Below, piece after piece: positions 41,441-50,646 of a stretch of 64,000 bases of DNA (the first letter of the stretch is position 1; the number at the start of each line of letters is the position of its first letter). The position numbers and the translations under genes are program-made. The notes below the pieces were generated by a model. It did not search any database. It was given only the letters and a program-made list of their open reading frames with translations, and was not told the origin of the DNA. The DNA comes from an uncultured bacterium (GTDB lineage: Bacteria > Armatimonadota > JACIXR01): the NCBI GenBank assembly GCA_938041455.1, contig CALITO010000008.1, positions 206,319-270,318 on the forward strand. The letters are read 5' to 3'.

Positions 41441-41878
41441 GTGGAGGTTAAGGACGACATCTTCCACCAACCCTACACAGGAAAGGACATTTGGAAGGGA
41501 GATTGTGTTCAATTAGCCCTTCGCCCCGCTGGAGTAGCCAATCGCTCAACTTATGAAGGGGTTTACGAATTCGGCATAGCTTTAGGAGCAAATGGGGAAG
41601 AAGTATATCAATGGACACCCAGAGAAGGAAATTGGGAGACTGCTTCCTGCAAGATAAATAGGAAGGAGAATTCTATATTATACCAATTATCGCTTCCCTG
41701 GGAGGCTATAGGTTTAGAGAAGCCCACATTGGTCAGGGAATTGGGATGGGCTTTTACGATAAACGAGAACGATGGAGAGGGATTTCGGGGATGGCTAGAG
41801 TGGGCAGGAGGTATATGTGGAAACAAGGACGCTTCCCTCTTTGGGAAGCTCGTGTTAAAAAGAGAGGAAGGAGAATGA
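41441..41878 (+). CDS. CBM9/DOMON-like carbohydrate-binding module, in the same frame as the upstream 1305-aa ORF and separated from it only by TAG 41432-41434
   Basis: WDEKNF*LLVEVKDD...DCVQLAL matches CBM9 core motif WDExNLYLAVEVxDD...DSVExF; frame arithmetic (41441-37517 divisible by 3). Confidence 0.55.
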   Translation: MEVKDDIFHQPYTGKDIWKGDCVQLALRPAGVANRSTYEGVYEFGIALGANGEEVYQWTPREGNWETASCKINRKENSILYQLSLPWEAIGLEKPTLVRELGWAFTINENDGEGFRGWLEWAGGICGNKDASLFGKLVLKREEGE

Positions 41879-41881
41879 GTT

Positions 41882-43732
41882 ATGAGCGAAATCCAATTAG
41901 CATTAACTATTGATATAATACTACACCTTTTCCTCGATCTCTCACCTGATGCCAAAGAGTGGCAAAAGGTTGGGTTGGATCAGTATACAACTGGAGATTA
42001 TGTTCTCAAGTTGGAAAGGGAGGAAAAAGCAGGCAGACAAATTATCGCTTTTAAACTGAGTAGGAAAGATGGTGGAACCTTTACCATCAACTCTTATGGG
42101 TTTTATACAGATATCCCTATTTCAGAGGTCCATCGTGTCTATCCCCTAAGCATATGGGACAATCCCGGTCTCCCTTGGTTGGTGGAACATTCAACTGCAA
42201 GCACAAGGGGGATTCCCTGCATTATGCTTTTGCGGAGGGATGGACAGAACAAATTAACCATTGGTTTTGCTGACCAAATATATGAGAGCCAGATAAGGGG
42301 AAATCTTGCCTTCCGGGGCCAGGGCACCTATCACCTTGAGGGACGCAAGTTGTTCCTTGATAGCACGAAGATTGAAACAAGGGAGTATAAAGACGCTCTT
42401 TATGTCTCCTTAGCTCCCCTTTATTGGTTTGATGTTGCCAGGGACTACTCAGAATTCGTGGATTCCTTTACAAGATATAAGCCAAACCCTATTCCCGACT
42501 GGGCCTATGAGCCCGTTTATTGTTCTTGGTATCCTTACGAGGATAACATAGATGAAAGGATAATTTGGGAGAATGCCAAAATTGCCAAAGAAGTGGGTAT
42601 AGGGACGTTCCTCATAGACGCAGGCTGGAATACGGAAAGGGAGGGAGAATGGCATTGGATAGATGGGCGCTATGGAGATTATATTCCCTGTGAGAAGAAG
42701 TTTCCTGATTTCAAAGGGTTGATAAGGAGGATGCAAAAGGAACTGGGTTTGAAAGTAGAAGTGTGGCTCGCTCCCTTTTGGCTTGGTTCGGACAGCGAAA
42801 CTTACAAGAAGGGTTTAGGGGTCGCAAGGTGCAAAGTTAGAGAAGGAAATAAATTGGTGGAAAACATAAATCTTTGTCCCCAAAACCCTCAAACTTTGAA
42901 GAGGATGGAGGAAATCGTTCGCTATCTATTTGAGGAGCTTGGTGTGGATGGGATTTGGGTGGATTTTGTGGATTCCCTCCCCTGGGAATGCTCCGCGGAG
43001 CATGAACATATATTCCAAACGATTGGAGAGGGCGCATCAGCCTGTCTGAAAAAAATTTACGAGGTCGCTACATCCTTACATCCTGAGGCGGTGATAGAGT
43101 ACCGTATCTTTCATGGGAATCTCCACAATAAACGCTTTCTCAATGTTTTGGAAACCACGGACACTCCCCACAACTACGATGATAACCGCCGTTTCAGCGT
43201 CTATGTGCGTTCCTTCTCCAAAGGGGTAGTAGTAAAGACTGACCCCACTATGTGGAGCCCTAAATGTCCTCCCCAGGAGGTAGCAAAACATTGTGCCACA
43301 ATGATAATGGGAGGTGTTCCCGCCTTTTCCCTCGATCTCCCTTCCTTATCCTCCTCACACCTCAGAATCCTTGCCGCTTATCTCTCCTTTTATAGGATTC
43401 ATAGGGATGCCCTTTTAAAAGGCCAGTTCCGTCCCCTGGCAACCCAACCTTCCTTCCCCGTCAATATAATAGAGGGAGAAACGAGTTTTCTTTACATAGG
43501 TCAAGTGCAGGTCCCACCAGTAGAGATAAAAGAACAAACCCGAGAGCTTTACATTTTCAATTGTTCAGAAAGTGAGGATCTTCTCTTCCCACTCAAGGGT
43601 ATATCTCGCTTCAGGAAAGCGATTATCCATAATGAATTCCTTCAGCCCATTGAGGAAATAAAATTACCCCCTCAGGAAAACTCCCTTCCTTTAAGAGTGC
43701 CTATCGGAGGAATGGTTAAGCTAATATATTAG
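41882..43732 (+). CDS. Glycoside-hydrolase-like protein (clan GH-D-like TIM barrel?), 616 aa, no signal peptide
   Basis: FLIDAGW and DGIWVDFVDS resemble the catalytic beta4/beta6 motifs of GH27/36/31-like enzymes; family not recognised. Confidence 0.6.
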   Translation: MSEIQLALTIDIILHLFLDLSPDAKEWQKVGLDQYTTGDYVLKLEREEKAGRQIIAFKLSRKDGGTFTINSYGFYTDIPISEVHRVYPLSIWDNPGLPWLVEHSTASTRGIPCIMLLRRDGQNKLTIGFADQIYESQIRGNLAFRGQGTYHLEGRKLFLDSTKIETREYKDALYVSLAPLYWFDVARDYSEFVDSFTRYKPNPIPDWAYEPVYCSWYPYEDNIDERIIWENAKIAKEVGIGTFLIDAGWNTEREGEWHWIDGRYGDYIPCEKKFPDFKGLIRRMQKELGLKVEVWLAPFWLGSDSETYKKGLGVARCKVREGNKLVENINLCPQNPQTLKRMEEIVRYLFEELGVDGIWVDFVDSLPWECSAEHEHIFQTIGEGASACLKKIYEVATSLHPEAVIEYRIFHGNLHNKRFLNVLETTDTPHNYDDNRRFSVYVRSFSKGVVVKTDPTMWSPKCPPQEVAKHCATMIMGGVPAFSLDLPSLSSSHLRILAAYLSFYRIHRDALLKGQFRPLATQPSFPVNIIEGETSFLYIGQVQVPPVEIKEQTRELYIFNCSESEDLLFPLKGISRFRKAIIHNEFLQPIEEIKLPPQENSLPLRVPIGGMVKLIY

Positions 43733-44067
43733 GCTCCACATAACCTACATTTCCAGTCCTGCCCTGCTTGAGGAGAAGGATGGTTAGGTGAGTGGGGTGG
43801 ATTGAATAAGTGCCACCACTGACATTCAGTGTGGAAGGCATCCTCGGGGGATTCGGCGAATCTGAACCAGAAGAAGGAATAGTTGCCTAAACGAGCTTTG
43901 TTCTTTATTGCCTCACCTAAAGACGAATCAGCCCTTCCTATGTATTGGTGGACCTTGCCATCTTGGGAAAGAATGAATGTGCCGGGCTTGGTGTTATCAG
44001 CGACGAAGTAATCCACCCAATCCAAAGGATAGGGCCCTTCCATATCCAAAGGTAGCGGTCCTTTCAC
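43729..44067 (-). CDS. Small hypothetical protein with weak GIY-YIG-like signature (GTF-x10-YIG)
   Basis: GGAGGTGA RBS 5 nt upstream of GTG 44067; ORF overlaps end of convergent gene by 4 nt. Confidence 0.4.
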   Translation of the reverse strand: MKGPLPLDMEGPYPLDWVDYFVADNTKPGTFILSQDGKVHQYIGRADSSLGEAIKNKARLGNYSFFWFRFAESPEDAFHTECQWWHLFNPPHSPNHPSPQAGQDWKCRLCGA

Positions 44068-44101
44068 TTGTATCACCTCCCTTCTTTAAAAATCTTATAT
44101 T

Positions 44102-44135
44102 CTTTCTGCCTATTTTGTCAAGAATAGGCAGAAAG
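44102..44135. promoter_or_regulatory. Perfect 13-bp inverted repeat CTTTCTGCCTATT-N8-AATAGGCAGAAAG in divergent intergenic region
   Basis: Read directly; reverse complement of left arm equals right arm. Confidence 0.6.
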
Positions 44136-44204
44136 GGAGCGTGATGCGATAAATTTGTTTACCGATGTGATAAAATCGTTTTATATAATGAAAGCAGAGT
44201 TAAA

Positions 44205-46109
44205 ATGTTGCTCCTTTTATTATCTCTCCTCGGCGTCATCGTTCTCGCTTTTCTTTCTCCTTACATAGAGATAGTCATCTGGGGAACACAGATAGGATCA
44301 ATTACTCCTCCCCCTGGTCCTCTTCTTATCCTTTTCTTTTTGGTGTTCTTTATCAACCCTCTACTTCTACGCCTTTTCAAAAAGGAAATCTCCAGAGGTA
44401 ACCTTCTTTTCCTTTATGCTCTTCTTCTTCTCGTCGCTGTCCTTCCCTCCTGCCAATTTGCCCAGTGGCTACCCTCCGTAGTCACGGGTCCTTTCTACTT
44501 CGGTACCCCGGAGAACAAATGGCTTCCCTTGACCAAATACATTCCTAATTGGTGGACACCCCTTGATAAGGGAAAGATCAAGTGGTTTTACGAAGGCTTA
44601 CCTCCTGGGGAGAGCATCCCTTGGGAAGAATGGGCACGCCCATTCTTTGCCTTTGTTCCTATGGTTATCTGTTTCTATTTCACTATGTTCTGTATATCCT
44701 TCATTTTGCGCAAACATTGGATAGAGAATGAGAAGTTAACATTTCCCCTTGTCCAACTCCCTCTGGAAATAACCAGTCAAGCACAAAATATTTTCAGGGA
44801 CAAGATTTTCCGGATTGGCACTGCTATACCGGTAGCGGTGCACCTTCTCAATGGTCTGAGTTACCGCTTCCCCTTTATTCCCTCCATTCCCCTACGGGGC
44901 ATCCAGGTAGGAACATATTTCCTTACAAAACCCTGGAACGCCGTGAATCCATTCTTCATAGATATCCACTTTTGCCTCATAGGTTTCTCCTTTCTTGCCA
45001 GTAGGGATGTTCCCTTCAGTATATGGTTCTTCTTTCTTCTCTATAAGCTCACCTGTGTTATGGGTTCCGCTGTGGGATGGACCCCAGGTTGGGAAGATAG
45101 GAGCTTGCGGGGAGTTTCTTTTCCTTATGTAGAAGCTCAAGAAGTAGGTTCAATGCTTGCTTTGGTTGGAATGGGATTGTGGGGAACGAGGAAATATTTA
45201 AAGGAGATATGGGGTATTGCTTTCAAGAGAGCAAAAAGTGAGCCAGAAGCTTCCCTCTACCGTCTCTCCCTCATAGGGGGTATGGTGGGCTTCACTGGGA
45301 TGACAGTTTGGGGTGTCCTTTCGGGAATGTCTATTTGGCTTTCCTTTTCTATCTTCTTTTTATCAATCCTTTTTGCCTTAGGAGTCAATAGATTGATGGC
45401 AGAGGGAGGGGTGAACTTCCTTTGGGCAGCACAGAGTGGACCAAATTACCTCATATTTGCCCTTGAGGGGGGGAGAATACTTAAAATACGGGAATGGCTT
45501 GTCCTGCTCTCCTTACCCTATTTCATTTGGAACTTCAAGGGTCCAGTGGGACCGCAAAGTTTTGAATCCTTTAAAATAGCACAAGAAGCTAAAATTTCCC
45601 CTAAATTGTTTTTCTACCTTTTCCCCATAGCTATGCTCTTGGCTATGGGTATTGCTTACTTCTATGTCATTTACATCGTCCATACAAAGGGAGGAGGGGT
45701 CTCCCTTTGCGATTATCGTTTTGTCCATGTGGGGCAGAGACCATTTATGGAACTCGTTTCTGTGACCGATCACCCCGAGAAAATCGTCCCCGCAAGGATT
45801 CTGATGATTGTCTTATCCTTTATTTTCACCATCTTCCTATTCACTATGCGTTGGCGCTTCCTTTGGTGGCGGTTTCATCCAATAGGCTATGTAACCAGCA
45901 CTATCTGGGCAACGAATTATATGTGGTTCTCCCTTCTTTTGGGCTCTTTCTTCAATTTCGTGATAATGAAGATAGGTGGATTGAAGCTCTACCGGAGAGC
46001 GAGGTTGTTCTTCCTCGGCTTCATAATGGGGGATTTCCTTATGCTTGGCTTCTGGCTTCTTACGGACGCCTTCGTAGGGACAAGAGGATTCCGCCTCTTC
46101 GGAAACTGA
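44205..46109 (+). CDS. Polytopic membrane protein (12 or more TM), DUF6785-like; candidate transporter/permease of the glycan locus
   Basis: 634 aa, highly hydrophobic with aromatic-rich helices; no transporter signature recognised. Confidence 0.7.
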   Translation: MLLLLLSLLGVIVLAFLSPYIEIVIWGTQIGSITPPPGPLLILFFLVFFINPLLLRLFKKEISRGNLLFLYALLLLVAVLPSCQFAQWLPSVVTGPFYFGTPENKWLPLTKYIPNWWTPLDKGKIKWFYEGLPPGESIPWEEWARPFFAFVPMVICFYFTMFCISFILRKHWIENEKLTFPLVQLPLEITSQAQNIFRDKIFRIGTAIPVAVHLLNGLSYRFPFIPSIPLRGIQVGTYFLTKPWNAVNPFFIDIHFCLIGFSFLASRDVPFSIWFFFLLYKLTCVMGSAVGWTPGWEDRSLRGVSFPYVEAQEVGSMLALVGMGLWGTRKYLKEIWGIAFKRAKSEPEASLYRLSLIGGMVGFTGMTVWGVLSGMSIWLSFSIFFLSILFALGVNRLMAEGGVNFLWAAQSGPNYLIFALEGGRILKIREWLVLLSLPYFIWNFKGPVGPQSFESFKIAQEAKISPKLFFYLFPIAMLLAMGIAYFYVIYIVHTKGGGVSLCDYRFVHVGQRPFMELVSVTDHPEKIVPARILMIVLSFIFTIFLFTMRWRFLWWRFHPIGYVTSTIWATNYMWFSLLLGSFFNFVIMKIGGLKLYRRARLFFLGFIMGDFLMLGFWLLTDAFVGTRGFRLFGN

Positions 46110-46146
46110 AGTTCTTAGCCGTTACTATTTTCTTCCTTACCTCAAT

Positions 46147-47184
46147 CTATCGCCAATCAAATACAACGCCGAGAAACTCCTCCGGTTTATCCCTCAACCC
46201 AAAATATGCTTCTTCGCACTGCTCCGGTTTGAGAAGATGTGTGAGCAAAGGCTCTACTATCAATTTACCCCTTGCTATTAAGGAGAGGTTTATCCTCGCG
46301 TTTCTTTCCACGCTGTGCTTCGGTCTTTCATATTTCGGCCAGTCAACCACGAAGAAATCCTTCCTCTCCTCCCTCACTGGATAACGCCATTCATGTGCCC
46401 CTTTATATGTTACACAGCCAAATTCCGATAGATGGATCCTTTCCAAAAGTTCGGTAACATTCATCTGGTGGGGGCGCTGGAAATAAGAACCAAGGAGTAT
46501 TACCTCACCATAGGGAGCGGAGTACTGCCAGGCAGTGGCGGAAACTTGGGCACTGCCTGTGGCGTCTACTACGACCTCGCATCCCTCGCCATCTGTTAAT
46601 TCTCTCACTGCCTCAGTTGGGTCAACCTCATTTGCGTTAATTAACTTCTCAAGTCCGCAAGCCCTTGCTATCTCCAAACGCTTGGCCACTTTGTCTATCC
46701 CTATCACATCACTTCCTGCAAGCGCGAATAACTGGGCACAAAGGTTTCCTACCAATCCCAAACCTATCACCGCTACCCTATCACCCAGTTCCCCATTGCT
46801 TACCCGAAGGGCAGTTATGGAGACATTTGCCATCCGCGCAAAGACAGCTTTAATAGGGTCTAAACCTTCTGGCACCTTCACCGCTATAACTTGCGCTTTA
46901 GCATAACTCGCGTGATTGCTGTGGGTGAGGACGATGTCCCCTTCCTTTACTTCTCGCACATTCTCCCCCACGCCGATAACTTCCCCAATCATTCCATAAC
47001 CTGGGTAGAAGGGAAACCATGCCCACTTTGCATGCCCAGCGAGGCAGGAAAGCTCCGTCCCCGCACTTATAACGCTGACAATAGCCTTAATAACGACATC
47101 GCCCTCTCTGGGTGTGGGGTCAAAATCAAACTCCTCCAACTCCACCTTATTCGGAGCTGGAAAAACTATTCGCTTCGCCTTCAA
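46147..47184 (-). CDS. Medium-chain dehydrogenase/reductase (zinc-type alcohol/polyol dehydrogenase family); probable TTG start
   Basis: GroES-like and Rossmann (GLGLVGNLCAQ) domains; AAAGGAGGG RBS 6 nt upstream of TTG (47184); the 80 aa upstream in the long ORF are not MDR-like. Confidence 0.8.
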   Translation of the reverse strand: MKAKRIVFPAPNKVELEEFDFDPTPREGDVVIKAIVSVISAGTELSCLAGHAKWAWFPFYPGYGMIGEVIGVGENVREVKEGDIVLTHSNHASYAKAQVIAVKVPEGLDPIKAVFARMANVSITALRVSNGELGDRVAVIGLGLVGNLCAQLFALAGSDVIGIDKVAKRLEIARACGLEKLINANEVDPTEAVRELTDGEGCEVVVDATGSAQVSATAWQYSAPYGEVILLGSYFQRPHQMNVTELLERIHLSEFGCVTYKGAHEWRYPVREERKDFFVVDWPKYERPKHSVERNARINLSLIARGKLIVEPLLTHLLKPEQCEEAYFGLRDKPEEFLGVVFDWR

Positions 47185-47289
47185 TTTGCTCCCTCCTTTT
47201 TCAAAATGTTCATCAATTTCAAAACCAATCTTATAATTAAGTAAATTATTTGTGTGCAAAATCCCTTTTTCAAGGAGATGAAGCAAGTT

Positions 47290-49824
47290 ATGAAAGTAAG
47301 CAAAGTAAATTTCCTTCTGCTTTCTTTTTTCCTCGTCCAGGGGGGATTCTCTACCTCGCTCATTGATTGGTTGATTCAAAGAGAGGACAGGCTCTCTATC
47401 AAGGATTTTCTCTCATACTACCGGTCTAATCCCTCTTCCTTGACCTTTAGTTGGAGGGAAAAGGACACCGAATGGCATAGTTCGACATTTCAAATTAAAG
47501 GAAATGTCCTTGAGGCAAGTGTCCCCTTTTTCTTTGTAAGATTGACCCCCTCAATTTATAAGGGTGGGCTTCTCCTCTCCTGCAAAATATCGTTAAAACA
47601 AGAGAGCAACTCCCCTTATGAACTCCTCCTCTCCGCTCCTTTTAAACCAAAGAGCTGGGAAAGACAGTTCTATCCTCGGCTTCCCTACCTCATTCTTCCA
47701 CCTGATTCACCCGCTACCATCCGCTTTCTTGCCATAGAGAACGATTGGACCGAACTCCAAGAGCTTGGTGTATACTTTTACCCCTTTGGTGTTTTAGAGA
47801 ACAAGACCCATTTTCTCCTTTGGGGTTCCATAGATATAGGGAAGTATGCCCTTCTAACGCCAAATCTTCTTCCCAATAATATACCAGCTATGTGCCTTCG
47901 CCCTCTCAAACTTAAAATGAGCGATACACTCACCTTGGATCTATTCATAAAATCCTTCCCGAAAGCGAAATTCCCCCGCTATAGGGATGTTCTACGCTGG
48001 TATATAGAGAACTGGAAGGACAGCGACCCTTTGACCGGCGCTATCCTAGGCAATGCCAAAGCAATCCTTGAACACAAGAGAAAGAATCCACGGCGGCTTC
48101 CGTGGGGAAATCTCGCGGGATTTCCCGGCGGAGAACCGATAGCGGATGAGGAAGGAAACTTAAACGAGTGGGGCGAGCATCTTTCAAAAGGTTGGAAAGC
48201 ACAGAAGATAGGAAACTGCTGGTATTATGCGTGGCATCGCTGGGATGAAACCTATCCCACCGAGGGTGAATGGATTGGGGAGATGGGTGTTAAGAACAGT
48301 CCCGAGAAAATTAAAGGTTATATAAAAGCCCTTTTATCTGTAGGTGTCCATCCCTTTCTTTATTTTCGCCAACTGCTGGCTCAGGAAGGATTGAGGGACG
48401 ATGGACCACCATATAAGGATTGGGTAGCGATAAACGAGAAAGGAAAGGTGCTCTGGGGATACGAATGGGCTCCTTCAGCTGAAAATGCGAAGTTAATAGG
48501 ATACGAAAAACTCCATCTTCTCCCTGCCGATTTCGGCAACGATTCCTTCCGCCTTTGGTTCCTTGAAAACTTGAAAAGATGCATAGATTTGTATCAACCT
48601 GCCGGCATAGCCTTTGATATGGGCTGGGCGTATCCAAACAGCGCTATGTTTTCCCGTGCTAATCCCGATACCAGCAATCCACACGCAGTCTTGAGATTAC
48701 AGGCGGATGTTTGGAACTGGCTTAGAGAGAAGCACCCGAAGAAGCGTATAATAACTAACGAGGCTCCAGGCATTCCCTCTCAACTTTTCGCCGATGGCAT
48801 CCTAATAGAAGGGGGCTTCGCCGCAGGGAAAACTGAACTGGATTACGAGGCAGCTAAAGCTATACCTACTACGGTTATAAGTTATGAATATCCCTCTATA
48901 TACAGAGGGTTTATCCAAGCGCTCGATAAAAATCAGAAGCGATTCTTGATCGTTAAATACAGAGCGAAGGGGATAGAACCAAGTGAGGATTATGCCATAT
49001 ATATTACGGAGGGGGTTCCGGGAAGGGAGGCTACAGCTATCAAGTTGAGCGAACTCCTGGCTGATGGTGAATGGCATATCGCTGTGGTTGACCTCGATAC
49101 AATTCCCAATGTGGAGAAAATAAAAGGACTGGCCTTGCAGGTCCAATGCGCTGATGATTATGCCTATTTAGATGTGGCTTTCATCGCTTTTTCCTCTTCT
49201 CCTACGCCTACCTCTCCTTCTGAATCGCCTTTGAACACTTTCCCTTCCTTCCTTGATAACCGTTTTGCCTCTTTTTGGCTAAGTCACCGGGAGTGGCTAC
49301 AAAATCCTTCCCAAGATTTTGCGGTTAAGAGAGAAAGCGACTACATAAGATTTGAAGTTAAAGGGAAAGGATTGGGGATGAAGTGGGAATTCTTGGCTTA
49401 CAAGGGATTAATAGCGCAGGAGTATATGAAAGTTTTGAGCTTAGGCGCGTGCATAGGAGGGGATGTTTGGTATCCTTTCCCAGAAATTCTATCTTTCAGT
49501 GCAGAAGCTATGGCCATCCCTCCCATTACTGATTCTTTTAGATTGGAGGTAAAGGATAAAAGAATTTGGGCAAGTGGGTGGGAGGACGATGAAAAACTTC
49601 TTATAGCCGTCTATAACAAAAGCGATGAAACAGTATCAGGCTCTTTGAGATTAAAGAGCGATATGGTTAAAAAGGCGAGGAGGAATAAGACGATCCTTTT
49701 GAACTCCTATGGGGAACCTATCCTGGGTGGGGAAGTAGCAATAGAAGAGAGCGAGATAAAGTTTCAGATTCCCCCAAAGGGAGCCCTTTTGACTCTTCCT
49801 CACATAGGAGAGGAGGAGTTTTAA
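47290..49824 (+). CDS. Large secreted protein (about 845 aa), putative glycoside-hydrolase-like, family unknown
   Basis: Signal peptide MKVSKVNFLLLSFFLVQGGFS; start alternatives at 47254/47278. Confidence 0.7.
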   Translation: MKVSKVNFLLLSFFLVQGGFSTSLIDWLIQREDRLSIKDFLSYYRSNPSSLTFSWREKDTEWHSSTFQIKGNVLEASVPFFFVRLTPSIYKGGLLLSCKISLKQESNSPYELLLSAPFKPKSWERQFYPRLPYLILPPDSPATIRFLAIENDWTELQELGVYFYPFGVLENKTHFLLWGSIDIGKYALLTPNLLPNNIPAMCLRPLKLKMSDTLTLDLFIKSFPKAKFPRYRDVLRWYIENWKDSDPLTGAILGNAKAILEHKRKNPRRLPWGNLAGFPGGEPIADEEGNLNEWGEHLSKGWKAQKIGNCWYYAWHRWDETYPTEGEWIGEMGVKNSPEKIKGYIKALLSVGVHPFLYFRQLLAQEGLRDDGPPYKDWVAINEKGKVLWGYEWAPSAENAKLIGYEKLHLLPADFGNDSFRLWFLENLKRCIDLYQPAGIAFDMGWAYPNSAMFSRANPDTSNPHAVLRLQADVWNWLREKHPKKRIITNEAPGIPSQLFADGILIEGGFAAGKTELDYEAAKAIPTTVISYEYPSIYRGFIQALDKNQKRFLIVKYRAKGIEPSEDYAIYITEGVPGREATAIKLSELLADGEWHIAVVDLDTIPNVEKIKGLALQVQCADDYAYLDVAFIAFSSSPTPTSPSESPLNTFPSFLDNRFASFWLSHREWLQNPSQDFAVKRESDYIRFEVKGKGLGMKWEFLAYKGLIAQEYMKVLSLGACIGGDVWYPFPEILSFSAEAMAIPPITDSFRLEVKDKRIWASGWEDDEKLLIAVYNKSDETVSGSLRLKSDMVKKARRNKTILLNSYGEPILGGEVAIEESEIKFQIPPKGALLTLPHIGEEEF

Positions 49825-49825
49825 A

Positions 49826-50539
49826 ATGGTGAAAGTCGGTTGTTGTGGATGGGCGAAAAGCCAAAAACAATATTTTGAAAACTTCGATGTCATAGAAATA
49901 CAGCAAACTTTCTATAAATTGCCGGATATAAAAACTGCCAAAAGTTGGCGAGATAAAGCTCCCACCAACTTTGAATTCACCATAAAAGCTTCCCAACTCA
50001 TCACCCATCCTCCTTCCAGTCCAACTTATAAAAAAGCAGGGCTCTCTATTTCGGAAGAGAAAAAGGACAAATATGGTTTTTTCCGTCCCACAGATGAGGT
50101 ATTCCAAGCTTTTGAAGAAACAGTGGAGATTGCAAAGGTACTGGAGTGTAAAATCATAGTCTTCCAATGTCCTGCTTCATTCAAGCCGACGGAGGAGAAT
50201 AAGGATAACCTAAGGGTATTTTTCAGTAAGATAAGGAGGGGTCATTTCAACTTCGTTTGGGAACCGAGGGGGGAGTGGAAGGAGGAAGAAATTAAAGCAT
50301 TATGTCAAGAGCTTAATTTATCTCATTGTGTTGACCCCTTCAAGGGAAAAAGCGTTTGGGGAGAGATGCTCTACCTCCGTCTTCATGGTATAGGCGGATA
50401 TAGTTATAGTTATAGCGAGGAGGAACTACTCGCCCTTAGAGAGCTTATAAAAGATGAAAAAAGGCCCGTGTATGTGATGTTTAACAACACAAATATGTTT
50501 CAAGATGCCCTGCGTTTCAGAAAACTCACCGAAAGATGA
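49826..50539 (+). CDS. DUF72 (UPF0759) family protein
   Basis: MVKVGCCGWAK...Y N-terminus typical of DUF72. Confidence 0.8.
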   Translation: MVKVGCCGWAKSQKQYFENFDVIEIQQTFYKLPDIKTAKSWRDKAPTNFEFTIKASQLITHPPSSPTYKKAGLSISEEKKDKYGFFRPTDEVFQAFEETVEIAKVLECKIIVFQCPASFKPTEENKDNLRVFFSKIRRGHFNFVWEPRGEWKEEEIKALCQELNLSHCVDPFKGKSVWGEMLYLRLHGIGGYSYSYSEEELLALRELIKDEKRPVYVMFNNTNMFQDALRFRKLTER

Positions 50540-50646
50540 GGAAGCATATGTAAAATTTGACTTTACAAAGGAGGTAAGGCGGTTACGATTTTAATTGGTT
50601 TACTTAACAAGGTATTAAAATATATTAACGAAAGGAGTGAACGACA

